From: Chrysomallon squamiferum
Taxonomy: Eukaryota > Animalia > Mollusca
DNA: 64,000 bases
Direction: 5' to 3'
Assembly: GCA_012295275.1 (NCBI GenBank)
Contig: CM022678.1
Location: 17,360,001-17,424,000 of the forward strand
Below, piece by piece: positions 18,451-33,750 of this stretch. The notes under the pieces were generated by a model. The model worked only from the letters and a program-made list of their open reading frames with translations, searched no databases and was not told the origin of the DNA. The translations under genes were made by a program, and so were the position numbers. Position 1 is the stretch's first letter, and the number at the start of each line of letters is the position of its first letter.

Positions 18451-18568
18451 TTTTGTAGAATGTTATGACGTTGATGTATCCTGTTTCTTTTGTAGAATGG
18501 TATGACGTTAATGTGTCCTGTTTCTTTTGTAGAATGGTATGACGTCAATGTGTCCTGTTTCTTTTGTA
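18451..18568. repeat. 38-bp tandem repeat, about 3 copies, each carrying TGACGT
   Basis: ttttgtagaatggtatgacgtYaatgtgtcctgtttct is repeated. Confidence 0.85.
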
Positions 18569-18598
18569 ATATTAATAGTAGTAGTAGTAGTAGCAGTG

Positions 18599-18667
<69 letters not shown>

Positions 18668-19420
18668 AATACAAAGATAATAAAATGAAGAATTACAAAA
18701 AGTAAAAATGTCACTCCCAGTTATATATAATATAATATAATATAATATAATATAATATAATATAATGTAATATAATATAAATAATAAACTTAATATACTA
18801 TAGCATAACATAAAATAGCATAATATTATAATACAATATAATGATATCAAGTACTGCAATATTAGTATAGAATAGTATAGTATAGTATGGTGGAGTATTG
18901 TACTATACAATTTAATTCAGTACAAAACAATACAGTGTAATGTAATATAATATAAATATAAATATAAATATAAATATAATAAACAGTACAATGTAACATA
19001 CAAGAACGAATAAATGAAAGAAATAAAAGAAAGCGTCAGTCTATTTTAATTCATTTTGTTATAATATCTGTTACTGTTAAATGTAAAAAAATATATATAT
19101 ATTTGTTGTACACTAGAGAGGAAACCCGTCACTGCTGTATGAAATCAGGCCACAAAATGAATAATTCACATTAACATTAATATCAAAAACACGATCACTT
19201 TTCATTCACCGTTTGTTCGAGACATCCAATTAGCTTTCACGTTTCAGACGAAACTAGACACTTGTCAGATTGTGGTTTATCTCCCTTTGTGCCGTTTACT
19301 TCCCCTGATGTGCGTTATTGGCGGCCATAACAATTAAAACGTTATCTGTTCATTAAACGAACCATGCTGATTGTTATGTTAACAGTTCACTCTCCCCGCA
19401 AACTGTCCTTGACACCCGAA

Positions 19421-19438
19421 CAGCGCCCCCTGTTGTTC
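19421..19438 (-). promoter_or_regulatory. CTCF-like motif
   Basis: Minus strand AACAACAGGGGGCGCTG resembles the CTCF core CCASYAGRKGGCRS. Confidence 0.45.
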
Positions 19439-20361
19439 GAGTCAGTGACGTACTAGTAGAATTAGTCTGTTATTTATTTATAGTTTGAACATCTCAGTTT
19501 GTAGGCAGTGAAATATGGACAGTTTTGTAATTTACATGGAAAGATTATTTAATGATTCTGATTTTATTTGATATAATTTTATTTTATTTTATTTTATTTT
19601 ATTTTGTTTTATTGTATTTTAGAAGGCTGGTTAAATTAATTCAGAGTAATGATTAAAATAAATTATATTAATTTTCTAATAGTAGTAGTAGTAGCAGCAG
19701 CAACAGTAGTAGTAGTAGTGGTAGTAGTAGTAGTAGCAGCAACAGTAGTAGTGGTAGCAGCAATAGTGGTAGCAATAGAAGCAGTATTAAATGTAACAGT
19801 AGTAGCAACAGTAGCAGCAGTAGTAGTAGCAGCAGAGTTGTTGTAGTAGCTGTAGAAGCTATAGTAGTAGTAGTAGTAGTAGCAGAAGAATAGCAGCAGT
19901 AGCGTTAAATGAAGTAGTAGCAGCAACAGTAGTAGTAGTAGTAGCAACAGTAGTGGTAGTAATAGTAGCAGTATTAAATGTAGTAGTAGTAGCAGCAGTA
20001 GCAGGTGTTGTAGCAGAGTAATTGTAGTAGTAGTAGCATACAAAAGACAGAAGTACGTACAGACAGTCAGGTTGATATTCACATCGTTATAATTTTCCTT
20101 TAGCATTTACATCGTAAATATTCAAAACAAATAACTCGCACTACAAAACACAGAGCTGTTATTTTGAAAACAAATCGAGTGGTGCACATCACGATACGGT
20201 GTCAGTTTTATCTATAACATAAAACAAACAGTGTACGTGGATAGCTAAATACGTCAGTGATAGAACACACGATAGATATTTACAACGATTTCTCCCCCCT
20301 TCGCATCATTTTTAAATGCCGAACTTTTAAAAATTGTTTGTGTACCTTTTCTTTCTTGTTT

Positions 20362-20396
<35 letters not shown>

Positions 20397-20402
20397 TTAC
20401 AC

Positions 20403-20526
<124 letters not shown>

Positions 20527-22745
20527 TGTTGTTGTTTTCGTCGTCGTAGTCGTCTTGTTCTTGTTGCAATTACGGTTATTGTATTTATTATCATCTCATT
20601 ATCATTATTACTACTACTACTACTACTACTACTACTGCTGCTACTACAACTACAACTACTACAACAACTACTACTACTTCTACTACTACTTTACATTTCC
20701 TCTTAAACTTATGTTAACCTCTATTTTCAAACCTGTTGTGTTTTGTTGTTTTTTATTGGATCTGACGCTGACACCAGTATAACACGAGCTGGTATGTTGA
20801 GGTTTTGATAGTTAATTTATTTACGTGGATGACTCATATTTCAAAACAAACTGTGATTTACATTAGAAATGAAAATATTTCCTCGTTATACGTCATGCTA
20901 TAACAATGTGAGTGCTAAAACTATACGGTGACAGTTTGTAAGTAACAAAGTTTTAGACATACTTTAGAATAAATTTTAAAACCTGTTTAAACAGCGACAT
21001 TAAAAGTTCTAGGTATAAAAAAGAAAGAGGGTTTTTTTTTTTTTGTGGCGATTTCGTTAATTATGTATATCTTTAATAATAATAATAAGAACAACAACAA
21101 CAACAATAATAATAATAATAATAGAAAAACGATGATTATGATGATAAAAATAGTAAGAAAAAATAAGAAGAAGAAGAAGAAGAAATAAAAAATCAAAGAT
21201 TTATAAAACTAACGGTTTATAAAAAAATTAATACAGTTAATTTATATCAATATTTTCTGATAACGGATAAACATTCAATGCTAGATAAGCTTATAATCAC
21301 ATTCCAGTGAGAAGGTAGGTCTATATATAAAATAATTATTTTTCCTAATCAGTACGAACTGTACGCTGGGTAGCAACAGGGACATTTTTTCTTCTTGTTG
21401 TTTATCTTCATTAATTAAATATTATCCTTAATACTAAAATGTTCTTAAGGGTCAATGATCTTTTATTCATTAATTAGTGTAATTGGCTCCGCCCATTTTA
21501 ATCATCTGACCATCCCACTTTCAGAATATCCAGTTTCAGATGCGGTTCTGTGATACTTCAAGTAAAAGATTTTTTTTTTTTTTTTTTTTATTAATTTTTT
21601 ACTTTTTATTTATTTATATGTTTTAAATTTTTATTATGAGGTGTTTTGGTTTTTGGAGGGATTTTTTTAAAAATTTTATTTACTTTTTCTTTTACTATTG
21701 TATTTTATTTAAATATAGTGAGAATTTATTTTTGGATTTTATCTCCTAGTAATTTTTCTTTTTTCTTGAGCAGGCGGATCGTTAACTATTTTTGTTTCAT
21801 CAATATATACTAAAATAATTTAAAATTGTTTTTCTTAATTATTTCAGTTTAATTCAAATGATTATTATCCAGACAAGATGAATTCAGTTATTTCAGTGTT
21901 AATGAGTTTAATTCATTTGATCATAATGTCGTTTGATTCATTCCTTTTCCAAATTATTTCATTTCAATTTTTTGTAATTTAATTCATTCCTTTTCCATAT
22001 TATTTCATTTCAATTTTTTGTAATTTAATTCGTTTCCGTTAAGCTCAATTTCGTTTAGTTTCGTTTGATTCAACCCTTTTCATTTATATAAAATTTTATT
22101 TCTATATAACTGATGGAACATAATTTAAGTTTGATTCAAATGCGTTATATAAAATTTCCATTATTTAATTTTTTTTTATTTAGTGCAGTTTAATATTCTT
22201 TTCCGATAAATGAATCCAAAATCGTTTAAATTTAACTAGATTTGAGTTTATTTCGTTTCATTGAAATCTGAACTATTTTTTCATCCGTTGAAAAATTAAT
22301 TTTTATTATTTTATTCGTTTTTATTCTTTCATTTCAGTTCAGTTAGACGTATTTTTTTAGTTTAGTTCAATTACCAACGATATAATTCAAACTGTTTCAT
22401 TTTGAATTATTTCGCTTCAGAATGAATCGTTCATTATTCGTTTCGGATAAATCATTACAATTAATACAGCTTCAGAGTTATTCGTTTCATTTCCATTTTT
22501 TATTTCCTTTTTATAATTTTAAATTATGTTACCTTTGCTTTCTATTTAATACAAATGAATTGAGATAATTAATTGTAGTTTTATTCATTAGTTTTATTTA
22601 TTAATTTCTGTTTTCTACTGAATTTCAATTATATTCGTATAAAAAGGTTCCACGCAGAGCAGGTATCGTCTGAAATTTGTATAAACTGTTTTATATAAAA
22701 GTAAAACTTTAAACTGGAAATGGAATCCAAATAAAATACGCAGTT

Positions 22746-22828
<83 letters not shown>

Positions 22829-23124
22829 GTTATTTATATATTTATGTGTGTATATAAAACTAGTTTCTGAATGCTGCACAAAATTATTATTATTATTGTT
22901 TAAATTAATTAAAAAATATATATTGATCCGTTTCAGGCTGCGTAAATCAATATTCTGTGTGTATTTCATTTTTGTAAAGTGTTACTCTTGTGTGAAGTAC
23001 ATTTAAGAACAATTAATAAAATTTGATAACACGGTAAAATAATTATTTGGATGAAGGAGGAATAAGATAATTGAGACCGTATATAAAATAGACATTTTAA
23101 ATAATTCCTTAAATTAGAACATTC

Positions 23125-23163
<39 letters not shown>

Positions 23164-24013
23164 TTTTATTTATTTAGTTAGTTAGTTAGTTAGTTAGCTA
23201 GTTAGAACATATTTATTTATTTAATTTATTTTTTATTTATTTTTCATGAATATATGAAAATGTAAAAGTTATAAAAATAATAGTTATTTTAGTGAATATA
23301 TAAATGGCATTGATTTATAATATATATGTGTATGTATATATATATTTACTTTGTTAAATGTTTTTAGTAATGAACCATAAAGAAAAGGAGAACAATTATT
23401 TTTATAAAGGTCTAAGGTAAAATATAATTATAATAAAACATGCGAGAATTAGACTAAGTCCTTTTTGAGATATCAGTTAATATCCAGTACTGACAGTTAT
23501 ATGTAATAATAATTAAATAAGGAATTCAGAATAATTAAAAGAAAGAACATTTAAAAAGAAAAAACGAAAAGAAAAAAAATACAGTTCACAATTAATTGTT
23601 AATTTGCTTTTAGCTGATGTTAATTATAAAGATCTTATAAAATAAATAAATAAATAATATGTATTTTAATTGAATCAAACAGTAACTAATTAATTTATTA
23701 TTAGCGAATATTTAAGAACAAGAGTTTAAAATTCTTCCCATATACAAAAATGCTTTTTATAGACAGACATTGTTTCATAATTGTTCCAGAAAATAAATAC
23801 CACACTTTTAAAAAGTAATTTTAACAGTTTCAAATATATATTTTAAAGAAACAATTGATTAAAATTAAATATAAAATAATTACAAATGATAGTGATTTTA
23901 GAAAAAAAAAAAAAAAAAATCGAAATATGTTTTATCTATAAGTAATTCAAAATATTAAATAAATTTATAATATATATAAAGGGGAAAAAAATATATATAT
24001 ATATAGTACTTAC

Positions 24014-24400
24014 TGAAAATAAAACCTTATTAATCCCAGTTTTATGAAAGCACAGTTTCGGTTCTACTGATTATTGGAAACAACCGCGCCGGACCAGTCC
24101 CGATTCTCTTCTGTCCGAAAAAATTAAAAAAAAGACGGCATGAGAGCCGTTCTGATTAACCCCCTGTTGCGCTGTTTTCGGTCGTTACCGGTGTTTAACG
24201 GACCGCGATACGTAAGTCAACTAATACAATGTTATTTGAATTCCAGAAGTGAAATGCGATCCCCGCTCTCCAAACGCCACAAGTGGCTCTTCGTGACCTC
24301 GTGACCTCGTGCAATTAACATAAATTAGAATCTCGCGACAAAATACTGGTCGTCTGCTTTTTAGCGAAGTTATAGCGCCGCCTACATTTCGTGGAACTTT
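24014..24400 (-). promoter_or_regulatory. Putative Osr promoter and non-coding first exon
   Basis: CpG-rich island ending in a minus-strand donor TTCA|GTAAGT (GT at 24013-24012). The ATG exon has an acceptor 7 nt upstream of the ATG, so an upstream exon is expected. Confidence 0.55.
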
Positions 24401-24673
24401 TCGCTGTTTGGTTTATGACAGCAAAAATGAACGTGAATTAGTAAAATAATTTTATTAAAGCATGTCTGCCTTCATACAACATACAAGTACGTACATACGT
24501 AGTTACATCCGTATTATATAAGACACATATACAAAGATACACACACACATATATATACAATTATATAAATACATATTTTACACACATACAAACATACGTA
24601 CGCACGTCCTTATCTAATTTATATACAAAAGCTAATCTATAATTTTAGTTCGTTCGTTTTATTATTATTGTTG

Positions 24674-24744
<71 letters not shown>

Positions 24745-24787
24745 TTGTTGTTGTCGATGTTTTATTTTTATTTATTGCCTACACACA

Positions 24788-24906
<119 letters not shown>

Positions 24907-25122
24907 CCTCGTTTTCTATTTTGTTTTCCCCTTGTTTTGTTTCTTTATATTTTTGTCCTAATTGCAAACAAGAATCGCGAGTACGTTTTGGTCACCATCG
25001 ACTGTTTATTATTTTTATTTTTATTTTTGTTCTTGTTTTCTTTTCCTTTTTCCTCTTTCGTTCTTTCTTTCTTTCTATATTTATTTATTTATTTATTTAT
25101 TTATTTTTGATTTATTTATTTA

Positions 25123-25154
<32 letters not shown>

Positions 25155-25314
25155 ATGGAATTCGTTCATGAACTGATGATACTAAATTAAAATTCTAAAG
25201 TCAATGAACTCCGCCATCAATTTATTTTTAATTAGTTTCTGTCATCTATGCTTATGGTATCACTATTCCACTTTTACTTTGCTTTTTTCTTCTTTTGTTT
25301 CCCATTTTTCTTTA

Positions 25315-25349
<35 letters not shown>

Positions 25350-25807
25350 TTTTTTTTTTTTTTTTTATTTTTTTTTTTTTTTTTGTTTTTGTTTGTTGTT
25401 GTTGTTGTTTTTTCATTCTTTATAACGTCTTTGTAGTCTTTTTTTTTTCTAAGGGACGAACGTCTGTTTTTCTTCCACGTTTTGTTCTAGATTCCAGTCT
25501 GTTTCATTTGATTGGTTTTTAACAAATCTGAAATGCGGCATCCTCTGGCTAACCGATAGGACAAATAAAAGATCCATTGTTCTGAAGTGATGATCTGCCC
25601 CTGAAGTGATGACAACAGAATTTGTCTCTGACGTCATCTGCGTGAGAATATGCCGACACCTACTAAATGTTATTTTTAAAATGTGCGGAGATTCTTTTTT
25701 GTGTCGTTTTTTTGTTTGTTTTTTTTTTTTTTTTTTTTTTTCATTCCAGTTGTTTTTTAATAAATGATCAAATTCATATTTTTTCGACAGAGTTCTGGAG
25801 GCATTCG

Positions 25808-25838
<31 letters not shown>

Positions 25839-26978
25839 TTCTAATTTCGCTAGACAATTATTTAGAAAAAAAAAAAAATATATATATATATAAATAAATT
25901 ATCCCTCCTCCCCAACCAGGTGTCAAACCTTCTGGTAAAATATACGAAAACAAAACGTCAGCTATAATAATGATCGAAGTCTTAATAACGTTTGCTAAAG
26001 GTAAACTGCAGTCATGCGCAGTAGGCCGCTCCTCCTTCAAGTTTTCTCCCGCCTTATCTAGACAGCAGATCCACGGAAGTTAATAGATGTCACAAAACGA
26101 AATCATCCAAAAAGTAAATATTTGTCGAGAGAAAGGGCCACCCCGTACCCGAAGTGGCAAACGCTGCTTACACGACAGTTCGATTGTTTTACCCTAATAA
26201 ACCGCCCACATCCGTCGAACGGTTTGTTGAAAATTCATTACCGGTGTTGTTTGCGAAAGAACCGATCGGTTTTTGTGTTATAGGAACACTGCGTGCAGCC
26301 ACTTCGAGGCCTGATGCGACGCGAGGCAGATTAAGTGCTGCTCGCTGATCGTGATTGAGTACTTTCGTTCCTGTTCAAACATTTCGTTTTCTCTCCGACT
26401 TCTTTAACAAATGTCGCCGCGAGTCAATCGAGGTCTCGTTCGAGCGAAGTGTTTTAAGCTGCTCGGCGTAACTTGGGTAATGTCGCAGTGCAAAGGAATG
26501 TCAAACTGCCGGCTGTTGTCACGTTGACTGAACGCTGTCGATGTTTTTTTTTTTACTAATTAATTTTGAAGTCCACCACGTCCTTCGTGTCGTCCCTTCA
26601 GGGTGTGGGTGTGTGTGCTTAGCTTCACTGATAAGAAATTAGTAGGAAATGAATGCCATATAGATATATACGTATTTATCTATGTTTCTTTCTATCCATC
26701 TTTTCGATCTGTATGTTAGTATGTATGTACTTTTTGCAACGACTGCAACGTAATAAGAACAGCAACAACAGCAGCTACAGCAATAATAACAAATAAAGAC
26801 ATCATTTCTTTCTGAAATTATTATTATTACTATTATTGTTGTTGTTGTTGTTGTTGCTGCTGCTGTTGTTGTTGATGTTCTTATCGTTCTTATTGTTGGT
26901 GTTGTAAGTATTATTACTTTGTTGTTGTTGTTGTTGTTATTATTGTTGCTATTGTTCTTGTTGTTGTTATTATTATTA

Positions 26979-27062
<84 letters not shown>

Positions 27063-28061
27063 TTTATTTTTATTTTATTATTATTATTATTTCAGATGAC
27101 AACATTCCTTCACGTACGACAACCAAACCTAAAAATACACAAACAAAAAAAAAGTACTCGTGTCCGCTACCTTATTACTTTCATGGAAGAAAAAAAAAAA
27201 AAAAAAAAAAAAACAGTTGCAGGAATTCCAACTTTATCAACACTCCTGCCTTTGGTAGCCGCGGGTCACGTGACCCCCATTGTTCACTGACCCTGTTTAT
27301 CAGCAAATCATTTTTCTTCTGACATCACGTGACCTACGCTTTCTATTGTTTGTACGGTGGCGTGTGAACAACGTAACCTTTCGTGTTTTCGGTTTGTAAT
27401 ATTTTGGGGTGTAATTAAAAATAGTTTCTGTATTCAGTTTCAGACTGGGTTTTTTTTCTAGATAGTGTAGGTATTTCCAGTGCCTTCTGGTCATCGGGGG
27501 CTTTTCAAATAACGAAAACGGGTCAAATGAACCTGCTTCTACTGTTTCGTTTCGTTTTTCGTAGTATTCTTGTTTTATATAAGTTCTGTTCATAATTATG
27601 GCGTCTAAATTTCGTTTCGTATTTTAGATATTTTATTTTATTTTTTAATATTATTTTTATATGATACCTATATTTAGAGAATTTAGAGGTTAAGAATTTT
27701 CATTCGTTTTAAATTCTTTTTCTATTATTATTACTTTTTATTTTTTTTTTTTTTTTTATTAATTATATATAAATTTATTAATTTTATATTTCATTTCCAT
27801 TCATTTTGTTAACATATTAATTCTGTTTATAACTGATACTGCTTACAAACAAAATTTGTTTCGATTAATTAATGTTTATAACTTTCTCTTTAATAAATTT
27901 GTTGAAAGTTATAATTTTCAAATTACGTGTCCAGTAAAACGTTTATTATTTTCCTGAAAAATAAATTTTTAATTAAATATTATTGTCCTTTTTAAATTTT
28001 GCTTTGTTTCATTTTTATTTCGTATACAATTATTGTTCTACTTTCAATATTTCACATATGT

Positions 28062-28117
<56 letters not shown>

Positions 28118-29266
28118 TTATTCATATTATTAGTATTCGTTTTAATTTTTTTGTAGCTATATTTCATTAATTTTATTTATAATTATTACTTTGAAAATGT
28201 ATTTCGTTTTGTTCATAATTTCATTTTGCCATGATAGTTCCGTTCTCTTTCGATGATTAAAATTAAAAAATCGTTCTACTTTCAAACCTTTCGATTATTT
28301 CATTTATACGTAGTATTTCTTTGCTTTTAAATTTTATTTCGCTTCGTTTAATTATTTGTTAAATTTTGATTTGATATATATTTCAAATCAATAAATTATA
28401 TTCCTTGTATCTGGATTTCTCTCATGGTCTTACTTTCATAAACAAATTTTTTTTTTTTTCAGTACAGGTTTAGAGTTTTAGAGTTTTAAATTTCTTTTCT
28501 GCAGCAGCACTAGCAACTGTAGTAATAGAGTAAGTAGTAGACCTAGTAGTTAAAGCTACAGAAGTTGTACTGACGTCATCATCATCATCATCATAATAAT
28601 GACAATCATTGTCGTAATAACAATCATCATTATCCTCATTGTCATCATCATCATAATCGTTGTCACTGTCGTCGTTATCATCATTATAGCCGTCATCATC
28701 ATCGTCGTCATAATCATTATTTTCATCAACGTCATCTATCATCGTCGTCTTTTTAAAAAAAAATTCCATTAAGAAGAATCGAACTTGAAACTCGTCAGTT
28801 TCCGTAAACACAACGTAACTTCTGCCTGCTAAACTGCCTCTTATCCAGCGAGAACAAACAACGTCACCTGAGTATAACACCTGCAGGCAATCACTGGCCG
28901 ATTGGTCACGGTAGAACATCAAAGAGTCTTTCACGCTAAGCTAATTTCGAGTACGTGACTTGTAACGTACGTTACGATCAGAGGAAAATATAAAGAAAGA
29001 ACGTTTGTCCGTTGTAACGTTTTGGTTCAGATCGCAGGAGATGAGGATATGCCAATGAGGTTAAGTTAAAAAAAAAAAATAATAATAATAATAATAATAA
29101 AAATGAAAATATAAATATAAAAATATTTTCTTAATTTCGATACGAAAGAGAGAGAGGAGTTTGAAATATTTATTTAGAAAGAACGAATATAGTAAAGAAA
29201 AATTATTATTTCCATCTATATATAATTATTTTAGGAAAGGTTTATTTTATTTTATTTTATTTTATT

Positions 29267-29313
<47 letters not shown>

Positions 29314-30539
29314 TTATTTAGAAGAAGAAGAAGAAGAAGAAGAAGAAGAAGAAGAAGAAGAAGAAGAAGAAGAAAGAAAAAGACAAAAAAGAAAAGAGAA
29401 AAGTGTATGTCAAATTAATAATAATAAAATTAAAACATTATTCCAACCCCGTCATCACTCCACAACCCAGCTCAAAAAAAAATGTCATTAATAAAGAAGG
29501 AATGCATGGACAAGCATTTAATTTAAAAAAAATAATAATAAAAATAATAAAAAAAAATTAAAAAGTTACTAACATAGGCTGGCCAGGAAAGGAATGTTTT
29601 TGTAACCTCTCCCAAACTTTGTTTCATAAACATCTGCAGTGTCACGCTGACACACAGCACGTGACGGTCACGTCTGCTCTCTTCAAGGTACCGGGTTCGT
29701 AACCTTCTCGGTTTTCACAGATTATTTCGAAACAAGAAAGCTTGCGTGTGTGTTTGTGTGTGTGTGTGTCTGAATGTGTGTGTGTGTGTGTGTGTGTGTG
29801 TGAGTGTATGAGTGTGATTATGCGTATGTATGTAAATATGTAAGTATATGTGTATGTATGTATGTATCTATGTCAGTGTTCATGTGTACATGGTACAGAT
29901 GAATGTATATATTTATGTATCTATCTGTATAACTTCAGTCAGTTCAATCAATTAATCTTGTATTATCTATTTCATCCATCCGACCATCCATCCCTCCATC
30001 CGTCCATCGATCAATCCAGCCATCTATATATCTATATATGCAAACACACACACACACACACACACACGTGTTCACTAAATGTTTATTAAGGTCATCTAAA
30101 CACAGTATTATGCATTAGTAGCGACAAGTAATGTATATAAACTGCAGGTTGATAACAAAGAACATGCTAGATAATTTTGGTGCACAATTTACGAATGAAA
30201 GCGTCTCAAGGTTATGTAAAAGTTTAGTCATGAAACGTGGTTAACCTTTTCACATCCATAAATTGTTTTGCTGTTCAAAGAAAGTATTAAAAGTTAGGGT
30301 GATAAATATCTGAACAAAACTAAGAATAAAAAAAAAGAAAAGAAATGTAGAAAGATATGAAGAAGAGCAGAAAGAAGAAGAAGAAGAAGAAGAAGAAGAA
30401 GAAGAAGAAGAAGAAGAAGAAGAAGAAGAAGAAGAAGAAGAAGAAGAAAGAAGAAAACAGAAGAAGAAGAAGAAGAAGAAGAAGAAGAAAAAGAAAGAGA
30501 AACTGTATAGGATTTATATATATTTTGTTAACATAAAGT

Positions 30540-30770
30540 GTAGGTTGTCCAGTTTGTAAACATAACAATCTCTTCGATTTTTGAAGACTGGAATGTTGTG
30601 GGTTCGATTCCTGTTAACTGACAGAGTTTAGATGTAAGGATAATGATAAATTATTGCTGCTAACCGAACATGAACAAGACATTTGTTAGGACAGAACCGG
30701 AGTTGATATAATCTCAGAAAATCGAAGGGCTCTAGTTTCACTGATGATGATGATGATGACGACGACTACA
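30540..30770 (+). mobile_element. tRNA-derived SINE remnant
   Basis: Perfect B-box GGTTCGATTCC at 30601-30611, degenerate A-box (gtccagtttgtaaa) about 55 nt upstream, and a (TGA)n tail near 30742; no cloverleaf. Confidence 0.5.
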
Positions 30771-31007
30771 AAATGTATATGCTTTATTCTTAGCAAAGGT
30801 TGATGATTAATGTAAATAAAGGAATCACTTGGAAGTTGGCAGTTTACTGTGACACTTCAGTCAAATATAAATTTGGACAAAAAGCCAAATGAAAGTGTAA
30901 GCAAAGCATCCAGCAATGTTACTCACCTATCACTGAAATCAGGAAATTATTATTATTATTTAAGCCAAAACTTTGTTAATAATAAAGTTATAAACTTACG
31001 TGAAATG

Positions 31008-31054
<47 letters not shown>

Positions 31055-31876
31055 AAAATAAATAAATAAATAAAATAAATAAATAATAATAATAATAATA
31101 ATAATAAAATGTCTTTATCAGTAATCATTTATAACAACTGTTAACACCAAAATGTGGTCCGGTGTTGTTAAATATTCATTTCCCCGATTCTTTCGTTCGT
31201 TAATTAAATCATTCGCTCGTTCAACACTTAGCTGGTTATTTATTCAAGACGTCTGACTAGTAAAATCTGCAAGACGTCCTAAACCGCGAACATTACCCGT
31301 ATCGGAATTCCTTCCCAAGCCGTGTAGCATGTCGCGTTAATACGTATCAAGCAATAACAATTAATGGAAATTAATAGCCCCCGTACGTTTTAACAACAAA
31401 GATTTCTCAACAGACAGGGAGCGGTTATTGTCTTACCCTTGATTTACGCGCCACTGTTTAGATAGCTCCGCCATAAATCACGTGACATACACGCTAACCG
31501 GCCCAGTTTACGAGTCCCCGAGGTAGCGGATTGACACTAGTTCCGCGGCGTTGTTAGTCCAGCGCGCGTAAGTTCCACAGTGACACTCGTCTGCTCGATT
31601 TACGCGCGGGAATGATTTCTGACGTTTTGTGTTTTAATTACAAATTAGTCTGTGTTGTCAGATGTATAGCCGCTGTTTGCTGTTTTACTGTTTGAACGGT
31701 TTAAACAGTAATTTGAAACACGTTTTTACTGAGAGCATAAACATAAACTAAAACAACAGTAAAAATAAAACAACAATAAAGAATTAGGTATACGCAAATA
31801 GATATCCTTGATTTGTAATAAATGGACATATGAATAAATAAAGAGAAAAAACAATGATTAATAATAATAATAATAA

Positions 31877-31907
<31 letters not shown>

Positions 31908-32768
31908 AAGAAGAAGAAGAAGAAGAAGAAGAAAGAAAGAAAGAAAGAAAAAAGAAAAAGACATACTAGATTTACAAAAAGATAGACAAGCTGACAGAGA
32001 CAGATGCACACAGTTACGCAAACAGAGAGAACAATAGACATACATTCAGACAAACATACAGACACACCCAACTGATAGACAAGCATGCAGACATTCAAAC
32101 AGATAGCAGGCCGACATATTTACAAAACTAGATTATTATTTTTCTTAATAAGTACGCGAACAGATATCGTCTAAATAAACGAACTCGTATGTTGACAGTT
32201 AGGGAGAAGTTATTTATTTCTTTAAGTGACTCTTGAGCAGTCACTGCTCCTGTCATTTTTAATAGCTACTGACAGCAAACAAACAAAGCAACCACAAGCG
32301 ATTTCTACTTTGGATGGGGGCAGGACGGCACTTGACGGGAGATCATTAACACGAGTGTTATGGCCGGCGCTGGTTGGAAACACAACTCTCGACTTTATTC
32401 AGCCCTCGGGAAGAAGAAGCAGAACCTACCGCGTAGCTTTTTTACGAAAAAATAATGATTCCAAAAAGACAAGACTGTTATAGGTGCATTCAGACGTATT
32501 GATTTACCAACACCACTCATTGTTTTAAAGTTTTATTCTGTGGGATGATCTAGATTGTTGATTTACATCTTGTCCGTGTAAATATTTTAAAATGAAAGGT
32601 TTAGATAACAGAATGAATGAATATGTACCACTGACTATAGAAAAAAAAAATGATATGAACGTGCAGTTGTATGAATAAAATATATACAAATCATGTTCTA
32701 CTTACTTTACAGTATGATAGTTTTACTGATAGTTTAGATACTAACCTTCATCTATAAAGCAATGTAAA

Positions 32769-32820
<52 letters not shown>

Positions 32821-33347
32821 TGGTTGACATATTCCATTATATCGTGACGATAATATAAATATAACTGCTGCTACTATTACAACACCAACAACGCCACAAT
32901 ACTGCTACTACTTAATAACACAACAATCACAGCAAAAGTGTACAGACTTGTCAAAATCAGTATAAAGCTACTTCATTTGGAAGCTGCTTATAATTATTAC
33001 CCTCTTACTTTATTATCATAAAAGTATGCGAGCTCGGCATCTCTGATTCATTCTACGACGTCATGTTACGACATCGAGTCCGGTAGTAACAGCACCTGAT
33101 TAACTTTGCCTATAGAGCGACACATTATCACATTACTGATCTGTATGCAGAGACATGCTTGCTGTCGTCTGTTTATACGCAGCCGTCTTTTGAACAAAGA
33201 GCCGTGACTAACGTAAACGTTCTGGACGGACAACGCGGTACGACAAGCCATGAAGGTGACTGCGGCCTACGTTGTGTCATCTGTAAATAAACTTCACGAG
33301 CAAGATTTAATTAAGGAAGAAATAAAGAAAGTATAATTTGTATCAAC

Positions 33348-33442
<95 letters not shown>

Positions 33443-33448
33443 CACACA

Positions 33449-33534
<86 letters not shown>

Positions 33535-33750
33535 GTGTTTTGTACTCTAATACATATAGCAGTGATATCAGAGCAAAGAAGGAGTTCTCGCTTCAGAAAA
33601 AAGATGTTCCCAGACATTGGTATACGATCAATCTTGAAACTACCGTTCTTATATGATTATTATTATTATTACTGTTGTTTTTGTTGTTGATGATGATGAT
33701 AATGATAATGATAATCATGATGTTACTCTTGTTTTTTTTAAATTTAAATT

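Noticed and set aside
26154-26348. 64-aa plus-strand ORF in a CpG island (similarly 16355-16750, 27300-27593, 32226-32483, 33066-33251)
   Set aside because: No recognisable domain, several use non-ATG starts, and there is no consistent exon chain; better explained as regulatory islands.
30601-30611. Functional tRNA gene at the perfect B-box
   Set aside because: No acceptor, anticodon or D stems; treated as a SINE remnant.
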